Source: Nymphaea colorata
Lineage: Eukaryota
Direction: 5' to 3'
DNA length: 64,000 bases
Assembly: GCF_008831285.2 (NCBI RefSeq)
Contig: NC_045138.2
Location: 28,768,001 to 28,832,000 of the forward strand
Part shown: positions 36,090-48,814 of the stretch, piece by piece
Layout: the number at the start of each line of letters is the position of its first letter
Numbering within the stretch: the first letter of the stretch is position 1
Notes under the pieces: generated by a model
The model's input: the letters and a program-made list of their open reading frames with translations, nothing else
The model's database searches: none
What the model was told of the DNA's origin: nothing
Made by a program: the position numbers and the translations under genes

Positions 36090-39000
36090 ATCTCTACTGC
36101 ACTTTGTATGAATTTATAAAACTGTGGTGGATAACTTAAAACAATATCTAGCTTGGGTCAGCGGCAAAGACAGGTGTGGACTACGTGTAGGCAATTGAGC
36201 ACACAGACTCCAACTTCTTATTTTTGTATTGATATTTCTAAGTAATTTTTCTCCTTATGCTGATACTAAATTTAGTGATCAGTGATTGAGATTGTGCAGA
36301 GCAAAACTGTACTTACACATCTGAGTGCAAATAACAATAGAAATCGAGCTTGATGTAGAGCAAACTGGCATACATTTCATAACCATATGGATCTTAAACC
36401 AGATTCATGTTATGGGGACAAGCAATCAATGAAGAACTGAAGGGATTCACTACAAGATTACTGTCATACACTTCAAGATCTATACAAAACTACTGGGCTT
36501 TGAAGGGATTAGATAGAAAAGATGCACCTACAAGCGAAGGTCAAGGAAATCAACCAAGTTGTAACACGTAACTAAGACCAATTATTGCACCAATCTACCA
36601 TGCTTTTGTTCACACATGGGGACAAACGCATATAAATCATGAAGCCGTTGTGGAGTTAATTGCGTGCATGGAATTAAACTAAGAACAGCTCACATGTGGC
36701 ATCTATTGCCTCACGCTTTTTATAAGTATACTAAAAGATTTTTCTTTGTAAATAATGAAGTTTGTTGAAGTACCCTTCAATGATCAATCTGTGGTTAGTG
36801 CGTGGACAAACTTAGAAAAAGGAAAACTCCTGTGCTGCAATGCCTTGTGCGAATGACGCCAAAGGGAAATGAAAGAGGAGGTCGACGGCCTGGTCCAGCT
36901 AGGGAACGTCATTGATGATTCCTATCCGCTAGCTCTTATCCTATTGTGGTAGAGTCTCGTGCTCATCAATTTTCAGTTTTTCACTATAAGATAAATTTTC
37001 TTCAACTGGAAAATTCGACATCTTGAAACAAGGGTCTTCTTTGTCAAATACTCAACCATAAATATTTATTGAAGTAAATAATGTATGTATATATTATATC
37101 TTAGCCAAATGATGAGTCTAGTGTTCTATGCATTTTTTTAAAGATTCATTTTAATGTTTGCTCAAAGAAACCGCTTTTTGGATTTCATACCGTTATGCTT
37201 CTAAAGTTTTGATTTGCTCACGAGGATTTTGGTTAGACCTACCATACACTTTTTAACTTGAATGTTGCACTTGTCACTATTTGCAGATTTCGAAACTCTT
37301 AGATGTTAAATCATCATACCGTTCAGTTGCATTACACCCCTTCAGACTTCAAAAAAATTAAACATGAATCATTTAAAATATATAAAATACGTAACGAATC
37401 GTGAAAATACAATTGTTCGTATAGAATTTTATGCCAAGGAAGCTAACACAATTAGTAGTAAATTCCTTTATATTAAATGAGGTTTACGCGCTATATTCTT
37501 AATCGTGATTTTTTTATTATATAATTTAAACTATGTTGCACCCACTTGTATAGTACGTCGGTGTATGATCTCAAATCTAGATCGTAAAAATGTCAAAAAA
37601 TAGTGAAAAAAAAAACAGGAAAGTTGAAATAACGTACATAATACAGAACGATCATCGTCACTAACATATCACTTTGACGTGATCAATTTCTTTAAGAAGA
37701 TTTAAAACAGTACCGACTCTCACGGAAAACACTCATATGGGGGCTTTTAATAAAGCCCCACTGGATAAGGCGCCACATGATCTGCACCTCAGAGGGGATT
37801 CTGCTTCGTGTTTCTAGACGACACATGTTCAACTATGCTGCAGGAACCAAGCCAAACTCTGTGGAACCCGAAGTCTTGAGTCGACACGTTTCACCTAAAC
37901 AGATTCGCGCAATCAGGATTTTCAGAGAAAAGATTGTGCTGACTGACACTCATTGCCACGGGGTGACCCTTTTCGGACCGTACAGTGCGACTAAGGAACC
38001 CTGACAATCATTTCATTTTGGTTTGAACTTTCTCAATCTAATAAAAGTGTTCATGGATTCATAAATTTTAGCCAGCATGTTTTCAAGGTTGAGGTATGGA
38101 TTGGCCCAAGCTCAGTTTTGTAAAAGATGACCACTTTACTTGTAAATTATAAAGCACTAAGCACTGAAAAAAATAAAAAATAAAAAGTTGAGTGAAGACT
38201 TAGACCTTTTGCCAAGTGAAGCCTCACTTGCTTGAAAGAGTTTAACCATTATGACATCTCCACTGATCCGCCGTCTTAATTTAGCAGCTGCGTGGTCAAG
38301 TAGGAAGGTAATTGAACCCATTTGAGACCAATTTCCTGGCTATTGCACAAAACAAAAGGTGTGGAAGCCACCGTCTTCCTATGAACACAATGAGAGGCCT
38401 TTTATTAGGCTGACGCACTGACTTCAAGAATGGAGTAAAAAATTTCTAGTTAGTTTTAACATCAACATGCAAATAAGAAAAATTGTCATGAAATGTCAAT
38501 ATAAAACTAAGTACTTTTATGGGTATGTGTAGGCAATTGCCCACACGTTGTTCATGCTTGCTTCCCAACCTGCTCATGAGGGAGGGTGGATTCTACACCT
38601 TCCCTTTTTATGTCATAAGACATAACCAAATTCTAACCCATTTAATTGGTTTTGGTAAAGAAATTTGGTTCTAACTTTTGTATGAACTTGATTTCAATGC
38701 TGGTTGTTCTGATTCTAATATAAATTAAACTGCAATTTCCAGGTGAAACTTGATTAACCGGTAATGCCATTACATATATGCATCTTACTTTTGTCATATG
38801 CTAATGGATTCAAGTATATAAAACTGATTTTGTTTCCCTTTTTTGCTATTATACTTGAGAGAGACCACCTCAAACAAAAGGACTTCATTGCTTGCCATTA
38901 TAAGCGGCAAGTTTTCATTTTAAATTTTCTGAATATCAATTTTTTGTGTTGCAAAACAGAAAATACCGCTAGACAATTTAAAACCTAAGAAACACAAAAA

Positions 39001-39895
39001 GTTGGTCATATATGTTATGAAAGACAAGGAATTGAATGAAACTTCTAACTTTAACGAGACAGTAGTCCAAAAGTAAAAACTGGTTGCTTGCTTGACAAAT
39101 GACAAGCACTTGCTGCAGGCAGATACATGTTTTATCTTTCAATGTCGGTAGTAACCAGAATCTACTTTCTTTGACTAAAATATATACAATATAGCATATA
39201 GCCAAAAGGCAAAACCTTCAAATATACAATTTCTTATATGTAGTATAACTAGCGCTTCCAAGTGCTCCTTCTAAACCCAAGTCAATACAGTCTCCGTCTC
39301 GAGCAACCCGCCGGCTTCCGCTCCGGCGAGAGGGAAGCAAATGGTCTCAAAAGCGGCAAAAGCAAGAAAGAGCAAGCAGAGAACGTGCTCACGAGCTTCC
39401 AAACAAGCACGAAGACAGATGGCAGCGGATTTGCGACATGCCAATTTCAGCAAATTTGATGATGCGACAGCTGCTGTGGCGTAATGAAGCGCTGCCCTGG
39501 CCTAATGAAGAGCTGCCATCTGCATTTATCCTGCCTACCATGTTCCCTTCATCGACTTTTTTTATCGTGAAATAGCCTAGGCGCCTAGCCTCTGCTCTTT
39601 AATCTAGTATCACGAAAATATTTATCCACAGGATCACGTTCTTGGACTCATCTTCGTCCTTTTCACTGCAGCCGTGTGGGTAGAGAGAGAGGGAGAGAGA
39701 GAGAGGGAGGGAAGATGGAGTTTGACGCTGAGGGTTGTTCTTTCGTTAGACTGGAGAGCCACAGTGACTGTGAGATAGAGATAGAGAGGAGAGAGAGAGA
39801 GATGTTCTTGTGAGTGGAGAGCAAAAGGGTCAATTGCTGCGCTTTTGCACAAGTCATGTGGGGGCAGAAGCGCCTGCCACTTCACAAATGGCCTG

Positions 39896-39939
39896 GCCAC
39901 GTACCAGGACGCCATTGGAGAAGACAATAACACGCGTAC
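39896..39939. promoter_or_regulatory. ABRE plus CE3-like coupling element upstream of the HSF gene
   Basis: Minus strand TACGTGGC (39896-39903) and ACGCGTGT (39930-39937), 145-185 bp upstream of the ATG. Confidence 0.5.
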
Positions 39940-40081
39940 AACCTTTTCAAATAAAGGGCGCTGCTCTGCCAGATGAAGGAAGCGAGGGAGAGTGAAGCAG
40001 GGGAAGGCAAGCAAAGGCCTTTACCGAGGAAGAAGAAGAGAGATCTAAAAAGGGTTCAGTAGAGAGAGCGAAGGAGAGAGG

Positions 40082-42064
40082 ATGGAGCAGATCTCTGTTG
40101 CCCCTTTCGTTCTGAAGACGTACGAGATGGTGAGCGACCCTTCCACCGACGCCCTCGTCACATGGGGCACTGCCAACAACAGTTTTGTGGTGCTTAACCT
40201 CTTCGACTTCTCACAGCAGCTCCTCCCCAAGTACTTCAAGCACAACAACTTCTCCAGCTTCGTCCGCCAGCTCAACACCTATGTGAGTCTCCCTCTCTCT
40301 TGTTACAAAATTTCTCTTGGCTAGACGCCTATTTCTCAGCTACCATGCTAAAAGAACAAGAAGAGAATGTAGTGTTGAGCAGACCAATGATTCATTTCTT
40401 CATGATTGAGGATCTCAAGAATTAGTATTACCGACTTTCTAGTGTCTAGGGTCTTCTCTCATGAATAGTTCCCAAAACGACACTTAGTGAACCCAAAAGG
40501 AGCATAGTTTGGCTCTTGATGCATGTAAATGACAGAGGTTGAAGCGTTCTCCAGGTTGTTCCTTTATTTTTGAACTGAGCCACCATATTGATAAAACTCT
40601 GCAAACTCAAGAATGGAAAGTATCAGGAGCACCTTTCTAGTTCGACGACTTACTCCATATTGTGACAGCCCGTGAAGCTGAAACAAAGCCATTCTTAGGC
40701 TCTTCATCCCTGCATGTTGCAGTAAAAAGGTTGAGTGTTGAGCAACTTATGATTCTTTTCTTTCCCCACTTGAATAGAAACTAGACAAGGGTGGTGCTGA
40801 TAAAACACAAGAATGCCAATAAATGAGTTGTCACTAACATCTTTATAGGCTTTAGTCTCATGCCTGTATTGGGCTGACCAACCATACCCATAAAACTCTA
40901 CAATCCGCCGAAAATGAGTGTCGACGTCTTTCTAGTCTCTGATCTGTTCCATGCTGAGTGAAACTCAAGCAAGTAGATGTAGATTTTACCAAGAACCCCA
41001 AAACATGAGTGTCATAAACACCTTTCTAGCCTCTGTTCTCATACCATCTGATAGACAAGAATTTCGAGAAATGAGTGCACGGATTAACCCGTTTCTAGGC
41101 CCCGAGTGTTTCCATATTGAACAAGTCTCGAGAATCACGCGGACCATATTTAGGCTCTTCAAGGCTGCGATTCCTTAGTAATGGAGATTGGTGGTTGTGC
41201 TTTGATACTGACTTTTAGTAGAACTCAACGGCCATGACGATAAAAAATCAATGATCTGCACATAACAAATTCCACAATCGAGATTATCGTGTTCGTCCTA
41301 CTCAGGGATTCAGGAAGGTTGACTCCGACAGGTGGGAGTTTGCAAATGAGTACTTCCTGCGAGGACAGAGGCACCTATTGAAGAACATCATAAGGAGGAG
41401 AAGCTTCCAGAATGGGGGCGAGATCAGCAGCCGCGTGAACGCAATCATGGCAAGCAGCACTGTGGAGATGTTGCTCGCCAGCCAGGTGGAAAGGCTGAAG
41501 CATGAGCGAAACTCCATGGTGGTGGACTTGGCAGAGCTGAGGCAGAGCCAGATGGCCATGGAGGAAGAGGTGGAGGAGATGAACAAGAGGCTGCAAGTCA
41601 CAGAGAAGCGGCCGCAGCAGATGATGTCTTTCCTTGCCAAGGTAGTGACAAACCCCGGAATCCTCTCTCGCATGAACAAGGGGACGAAGCAATTGATGGA
41701 CGAGAATCCGACCAAGAAGCAAAAGATGATAGCACACGCTGAACAGAAATACTCCCCTCCACCTTCGGTTGGTGATGCAGAGAATCGGGTGCTTGTGGTG
41801 GATGGGGATGAAAACAAGAATGGGGAAGGGAATTTTGAGGTGAATTCTGAGCTTCCATCCTTCTCAAATTCGGGGATGATGAGCATGAGTGCACAAGTTG
41901 CGGCTGAGGAAGAAGGGGAAGAAGAAGAAGAAGGTCCACTCTTAATTGAGGACATACAGCCACCTGAATACGTCTATGAATGCCAGCAACTTGTTCCTAA
42001 GCATAGATTAGAGAGACCAACTTTGCCTCTCTCTGGTCCTGCTTTCATAAAAAGTGGCTTCTGA
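40082..42064 (+). CDS. HSFC1: Heat stress transcription factor, class C-like (319 aa, 2 exons)
   Basis: Exons 40082-40282 and 41306-42064, with the conserved intron at LNTY|GFRK. DNA-binding domain [11 protein letters not shown]...[25 protein letters not shown] ...[27 protein letters not shown]-like PTKKQK. The HSF call is firm; the class assignment is less so. Confidence 0.9.
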
Positions 42065-43089
42065 CTCTCACCAGATGCAAAGTTAAATTTGGTGGGAACT
42101 CGGGACAGGGAGGCTCTTTTGTCAGGGCAATCTTTTGCTCCTCTTCCACGTCTCTGTCTCCCTATCTTAAGCAGATACTAGGGGATAAAAACGATGAAAA
42201 TGGGAGAACAAAATTAGTTCTGCGGGTGAAGCTAGATTAGGATGTGTGCAATCAGGATGTGTGGAATCTCTGATGTGTAGATAACCGATTCTTTGCTTTT
42301 CCATCTTCTCCTCCTTCCCGTTTTAGTTGGTAGGCTTGTAATCCGTGTAAACTGCAGAAACATCAGTAATAAATTTGTAGAAAAAAGGTTCATCTATTCG
42401 CGTGAGGACGCAAAACTCTGTTTTCAGTCCCTTGGATTAGATATGAACGGTTTTCGTCGCTGGACATTGCTGACAGTGGCTATAGAGCAAATGTATGGCT
42501 GACAATGGCATTTAGTAAGGAGCAAGCAGCATCCTCTGCATTACTTGACTGGTGGAACTCCTCTCAAGCCAATTAAACGGAAATCCATTGCAAAATTGTG
42601 TGACAAGGTGTCCCCAAGTACACAAACAAAGAGGGAGAGATGGAGAGAAGCCGTCACCAAGTTTTATTGAGTGGAAAGAAAGTAAGGGAAGCAGTGCACC
42701 GAAAGTCACTGCATTGTTCTTGATTTAGGGTAAGCTTAGCCATGTTTTATGGTATTTTCAATGATGAATTTTTAAATTTTAACGGTCCGGCAACCATCCA
42801 GCTAGCATTGATTTTAGTTTAGAAAAGAATAGACACTTGAAAAATCTAGTCTGGAAGTGATATATATGTATAGGGGGAGAGAGAGAGAGAGATTGTAACC
42901 CAAGCCCAGGGATCGTTGCAGTTCATGAAAGGTAGCAGTCAGACCCTTACCCGCCTAATTTAATTTGCTCTTAGTAATCAACTATGATTCATTAAGGATG
43001 GAATAAGCTGTTGGTGTATGGAACTTGATCCATACTGAACACTTATATGCAATACCGCGGATCCAAATGCGAGTTTGCTTTAATTTTTA

Positions 43090-43247
43090 TGTTGTAAGAG
43101 GGGCCGTTGTTTTTTTTTTTTGTTTTCTCTTTGAGAGTGTATGTGTTCATCTGAGAGTGAATAGTGAAAGATCTGTGCGACCGTGAACGTAGGATATTAT
43201 TGCTCCGAACTACGTAAATTTTTGTCTTTTTCTTTGTTGCTTCTAAC
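43090..43247 (+). mobile_element. Decayed copia-type LTR 3' fragment (boundaries approximate)
   Basis: CCGTGAACGTAGG...CCGAACTACGTAAAT followed by a T-rich tract resembles a common plant copia LTR R/U5 motif. Confidence 0.4.
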
Positions 43248-45590
43248 CCCTCTTAAGAGTGTGAGAAGAGAGTTTTGTGTATTGTTCCTAACATAAGCAA
43301 CCAGCAAAATGGATAGCGTTTCATCCCTGCACACAATCTCATATCAAGAAATCCAAATGGAGTCTGGACCACAACCATGTTCTCCATTTTTTGGTCACTC
43401 GAAGCTGAGTGGCGCTTTGTAGAGATCGGAAATGGCAAATGCATCTGTGACAGTGATGGTTGGAGAGAATCAACTGAAGCAAAAAATTAATCTTTCGAAT
43501 AAAGTATTAATTTGAAACCAGTGGACCCCAAGAGGCTGGAAAAGCCCATCTTGGTATTGTGCTCACGAGTGAAACTGTTCAAACGGTGGACCCTTTTTGC
43601 TAACATATGGGGAAGACCTATGCCGACTTGAGCAGATTGGAAGAAGTTACTGGCTGTAAAGATCAAGATGAGTTCTAAGGGATCATTTTGCAGTTTGCTA
43701 CTATTTTCATGGTCAATCAGCCCCTAATAGGATGTATGCTTGTTAATTCAAACACTCTGTTTCATGAACATGCCTTAATCTTTAATGCAGCTTCATGAAA
43801 TAATATTTCTTGTGTTTTATGAAACTGTCTCAATTTTGTAAACAAATTCATGTAATAACCAATCTTAAAAATGCATTTTTGGCCCACTGCACAGTTAGAT
43901 GCCAAGACAAGAATCGAGGCTTACAAAATAACATAATATGAAAGTTTTCAAAGAAGGAAGTTAAAAAAAAATTACTCGCTTGCTACAAACATGAACCGTT
44001 TGAAGCACCTAAAGGCAGCTGCCGACAACGCCAAATGGAGAAAGAGTAAAGATAATGTTCATGACGGCTCTAAAATAAGATTCGCTCGTAAATATGGCTT
44101 TTAAGAGCAAACAAAGAAGTTTATTAAATCTAACCAACAAACTCACCTTAGTAAAACTCTTCAAAACTTTATAAATCTCGTAAGATCATCCGGTGAAATG
44201 TCACGAGAACTTCGCTTTCGCATTATCTAAGACAAAAATGAACGTATATTTGGCGCTTTAGAAACCGCCAAAAACAACAGCAACGACAAAGTCGACAACG
44301 GCGATAAACACCACAAACGACAACGACTACAAAATTCAAAGAAAGCTTCCCATCTTATCGAATCTCCCGATACGCCGGTTTCCGGGTCAAAGATATGGCT
44401 ATCGACGGAGAAGGGAGGTCGGGGCACTTAGCAGTGGCAGGGCCACGGGAAAAGCGCATCCGCGCCCACCGGCGGCCGCCAAGTGGCCGGTGCTGCCAGG
44501 GCGAGGGCCCTTCACCTCTGGATGTGGCACATGATGAGACATGTGGGGATTGCGGCCGCCCCCATCTGAGGCGGTGCTTGAATATGACCGGACATTTGTC
44601 ACTAGCCAGTGAAGGGTCATCAGACCGAGCCAAGCATTCTGGGGGCGTTCTCATCCGCATCTATCGGGTAGATAGATTGATTGATTGAGCCAAACTCATC
44701 ATCCCAACGATGTGATGTGATCTGATGAATGAAAAATGCACCCAATTCACATCACATGACGGATGGATGAGTATGGACATCAACATCTGATGCTGGATGT
44801 CACTGGATCCATGGCCAAAGTTTTAATTTTTAAAACGTGTTAATGCGTGTTTTAATTGTTATTCAAATCACCATTGATTATTGGTAAAAACATCATTTGT
44901 TGTTGTATCCCTAATGCTATAATAGCATTATAACAACTGTCTTTTGCCCAAAAGTTTGAATTTGTGAGGTACTCGAGACAAAAACCAGACTTATTGAAAT
45001 TAATTATTAAAATTTTTTTTAACCTAATAGATATGATTTTAAGAGCGATTTGATGAGAAATATATATTAAGTTAGTTGTTTTCTTATTTAAATAATATTC
45101 TTTATAGTAAAAAAATAAATTGTTCTTATAGTATCAAAAATTTTGGTAGCATAAAAATCGATTTTTTTACAAAAGTGTTTCACATTTTGTCTAAAACACT
45201 TTTCAAATGAATTTAAAAGGTCTGGTTTTTTCTCATTCCCATGTGGTCTGATTACTGATACCTACCAATTACTTTTATATATATATATATATATATATAT
45301 AAAGAGAGAGAGAGAGCAAAAGAAAGGGAGAGAAGGGGAGGGAGAGAAACTCTCAGGTGTCAAAACATCTTATGTTAGACGAATGGCAGAATGAGGAACA
45401 ATCTCAATCGTCGACATTTTTTAAATTGGTAGTTGAGAAAAAAACAAAAAAAAAAACAGGTAACAGAGTATTTTCTTTATCTAATATTAGTTCACACCTC
45501 TTTTTTCTTGTTTTCCTATCAACTGCCGACACGCAAAAAATGAAGGGCTGAAATTATTTCTCATTCTTTCAACATTTAAGTGTCTAGCAA

Positions 45591-45594
<4 letters not shown>

Positions 45595-45666
<72 letters not shown>
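45595..45666. repeat. Compound microsatellite (CT)n(TA)n
   Basis: Seen directly in the sequence. Confidence 0.9.
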
Positions 45667-45672
<6 letters not shown>

Positions 45673-46801
45673 GCATTGACACAGCCAATAGCAATTCTGA
45701 TGGGCTAACATGCAGCCTGAGAGAGGAGGCGGTTGTGTACAGTCAGGTCCCCCATTATACATACAAGACAACTTGAGTTTCAAGATTTGCAAATTTCAAC
45801 TTATGCGTGACTGGATTTGGCTTGTAAACAGAAGAATAAAAACCAAGGCAACTAGAAGCACGGAGATGGGTGTAAGCTCTCTAAGGTTCTTTGATTTTTT
45901 TTGGTTTGAGACTCGTTTGAAGTCCATTCACAAAAATTGTTATAGTTCATCTTCTTTAAACTACAAACATCTCCATGTGTTGAACTGGAAGACAATTTTG
46001 AACTTGATCCCTTCATCAGTCTGATATCAACTAGAATAACTTGACCAAAAAATCACCCCTTAGTCTAATTTGATGGATTTCAATGCGCTTGGTTGGTAGC
46101 TTTTGTTTCGCACCGAATTTAATTATGCATCAAAACAATTGTTAGTGAGAAACATAAATAGATAAACTCTTCACGGATTTTTCATAATCTTTCTTGTAAT
46201 ACTATAATCAAGTCTTTCTTCACAGACGAGTGTTACATATGAAAGATGAACTGGAACGGTTCAATATTTTAACAGGCCTTCCAAATGCAGATCGGATTTG
46301 ACAGACGAAGTAGCCCACATTTCGTATCCTCATTTCCGGAAAAGGGAAATTTTACCGTGAACGGTAATCGCCTTCTTGATGGACTTCATTTTGCAGTCCA
46401 AATTGACACGGATAACACCAAACCAAAATTGTTAATAGTCCTGCTCACTTCCATAGAGGTCTTAGATTTTGGTTGGTCCGACCATCTGGGTTTCTGTCAA
46501 ATTTACGTCTGATGCGCATGATTAATCATCGGTCGGTGTATTGTAAGAGCCCGGAAGATTTTTCCATCCAAACCTAGATGAAGAAACCAGGAATTATGTG
46601 TGTGTGTGTGTGTGCACGTGCATGTGAAAATTAAAATCAACCAACTGCCTTTGTGGCAAGATGGTTTTTGTTTTAGTTTTATATATCTCTAAAAACCATC
46701 AGAAAAAGTGCATTCCGTCGCTAAAAGCCATACACCTTTTACAATGGTTTTTAGTAACAAAATAGAAAAAATTCATCCGGTCATAAAGGCTAGCTTGACT
46801 G

Positions 46802-46834
<33 letters not shown>

Positions 46835-48814
46835 GATTGCACGACATTTTACGGTAGAAAAAGATTTAGTACCCGAACATCGTTGTTTTATAGATTCAAT
46901 TTGAACTAGTTGCTTCAGAGTCTATTTTTAAGGACACTGGTTGTGACAAAACGGAAACCCAAATACTCGATTTGGATGAAATTTGTGTAAGATATAGCAG
47001 CTGACCCTGTCTCATAAATTCGGCAAAGGAGCCAACACAGTTTCTTATCTTGTTTTCTATTAGCTGTACATGTCTCTAGATACCCCATAGGCCATAGCAA
47101 TTTTTACAACAGCAAGTGAACAAAATAGAAGAGCAAATCGAAGTATCCATCTGATACAGCAGATGGCCTTTACAAGGCCGTGACATGCGCGGTGTATTAT
47201 ACATGTAAATTGCAGAATTAGGCAGCCGCAGCATGACGACGCGGAAAACCGAAATAACATGATAAAATTCTTCATGCCATGTGAAACTATGCGGTCCATC
47301 GATCTTGAAATCAGAGAGCGTGACGGGCAAACTGTAACCGCACCAGCTAAGAGCCTAAGAAAGATGTAGAACAGGGATTTATCCATCTACGTACCTGCCG
47401 ACGAAAGCTTCAACAAGTAGTCAGAACTATAGCCAACTTCAGTAGGACACGTGAAAGTTCAAGTTTAGCAGACACCACATTGATGATAATAGTTTGACCT
47501 TTCTCGGTAAAGAAACCACTAAGTTCCTGCCGCTTCTCTTTCCTTAAACAAGTGCTGCAGTTCTTCCTAAAATTCATCTTCATCCCTCTATACATTCTTC
47601 CACGTTGTTACCTCCAGTCTTCCTCAACGGGTGCTCAATCATCTCGCATTACCACATTCGTATGCCCCGAATGCTTCTTGCAGAACATCGAAGCCCAGTC
47701 TGATGCCTGGAGTCATTATTTTGCTTATTATATTCCGCAATTTTCTCATTCCACGTTTTTTTTTTTTTTCCCAAAAGTTCAAAGCAATCGTTAGCCAGGT
47801 CTGTCCTTATATTTTGTGCAATATTCTTTCACCATTTCCCGTCAATGAATAAGGAATATATGTTTCACATTCAGTTCTTTAAGCGGGGTTTCAGAAAATA
47901 GTTGCAAGTGTTTTTGCCTGACGGACGTTTCTTTGTTTTATTACTCACAATAGAGATAGATGTAAAAGATCAAGCTCGCCTTTCTCCAAAGGTGAAAAAC
48001 ATCAACCCATGTGAATATTCATTAAATAGATGTTAGTGGAGTTCTTGCATCTTAGTATTAAGAAATGACAATCAACTAAAACCCACTCCTAATGTATGCT
48101 TCTAAGGCAAATGAAAGTCCCTTCTGCGCTCCCACCCCCACACCTCCAAAGAAAACACGCATTGACACCAAGATTGAGAGATCGACTCAGTTTCGGGTGG
48201 AGTAACTGGGGACTGGTGAACTATGAGGTGCAGCAGCATGCAAAAGTAGACAAGATATAGACTGTTGTAAACCTCACCTTAACAATTGCTGTATATTATG
48301 CATAGTGAAACACAACCTCGTATACATCTGCTCACCTATCAGCTATTAATCTTAAGCAAAAACCTGCAGAATCACAAGTCGGGAGGGAATTCCAGAATAC
48401 ATGGACATGAATGCACTGAATGCAGCAGGCAGACGAGACTTGAAGTGGAGGCGCATGTCCAGCATTGAGACTCCGTAACCAAGGAACAGGGTTCCCTTGC
48501 TGAAACAGAGCAAAGTGACCTCTCGTGAACAGTTCAGATGGAAGAACAGGAATGATGTACCGTTCCAACTGACAGATAAGGCTGCAATTGGGGATAGGTT
48601 ATATTCCAGACAGAATTTGGGCTTCAAAGCAGGACATCTAGGTTAGAAGGCACCTATAAAAAGGTTCAGTTTCATGAACCAGACATATGCTGAATAAGAA
48701 GACACGTAGAAAAAGGTTCAGTATTCATGAACCGTATGGAAAACTTGCGTTACTGAAACTACCTGCTGCCATGATGTTGGTCTCTTCCACCAGATTACAA
48801 ATTAAATAACACTC

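Noticed and set aside
39262..39459. Short ORFs upstream of the HSF gene
   Set aside because: No recognisable domain or splice structure.
41302..41963. Antisense ORFs of 120-217 aa
   Set aside because: They are shadows of HSF exon 2.
47410..47720. Possible decayed LINE or pseudogene fragment on the minus strand
   Set aside because: The resemblance is only impressionistic, with no diagnostic motif; it needs BLASTX.
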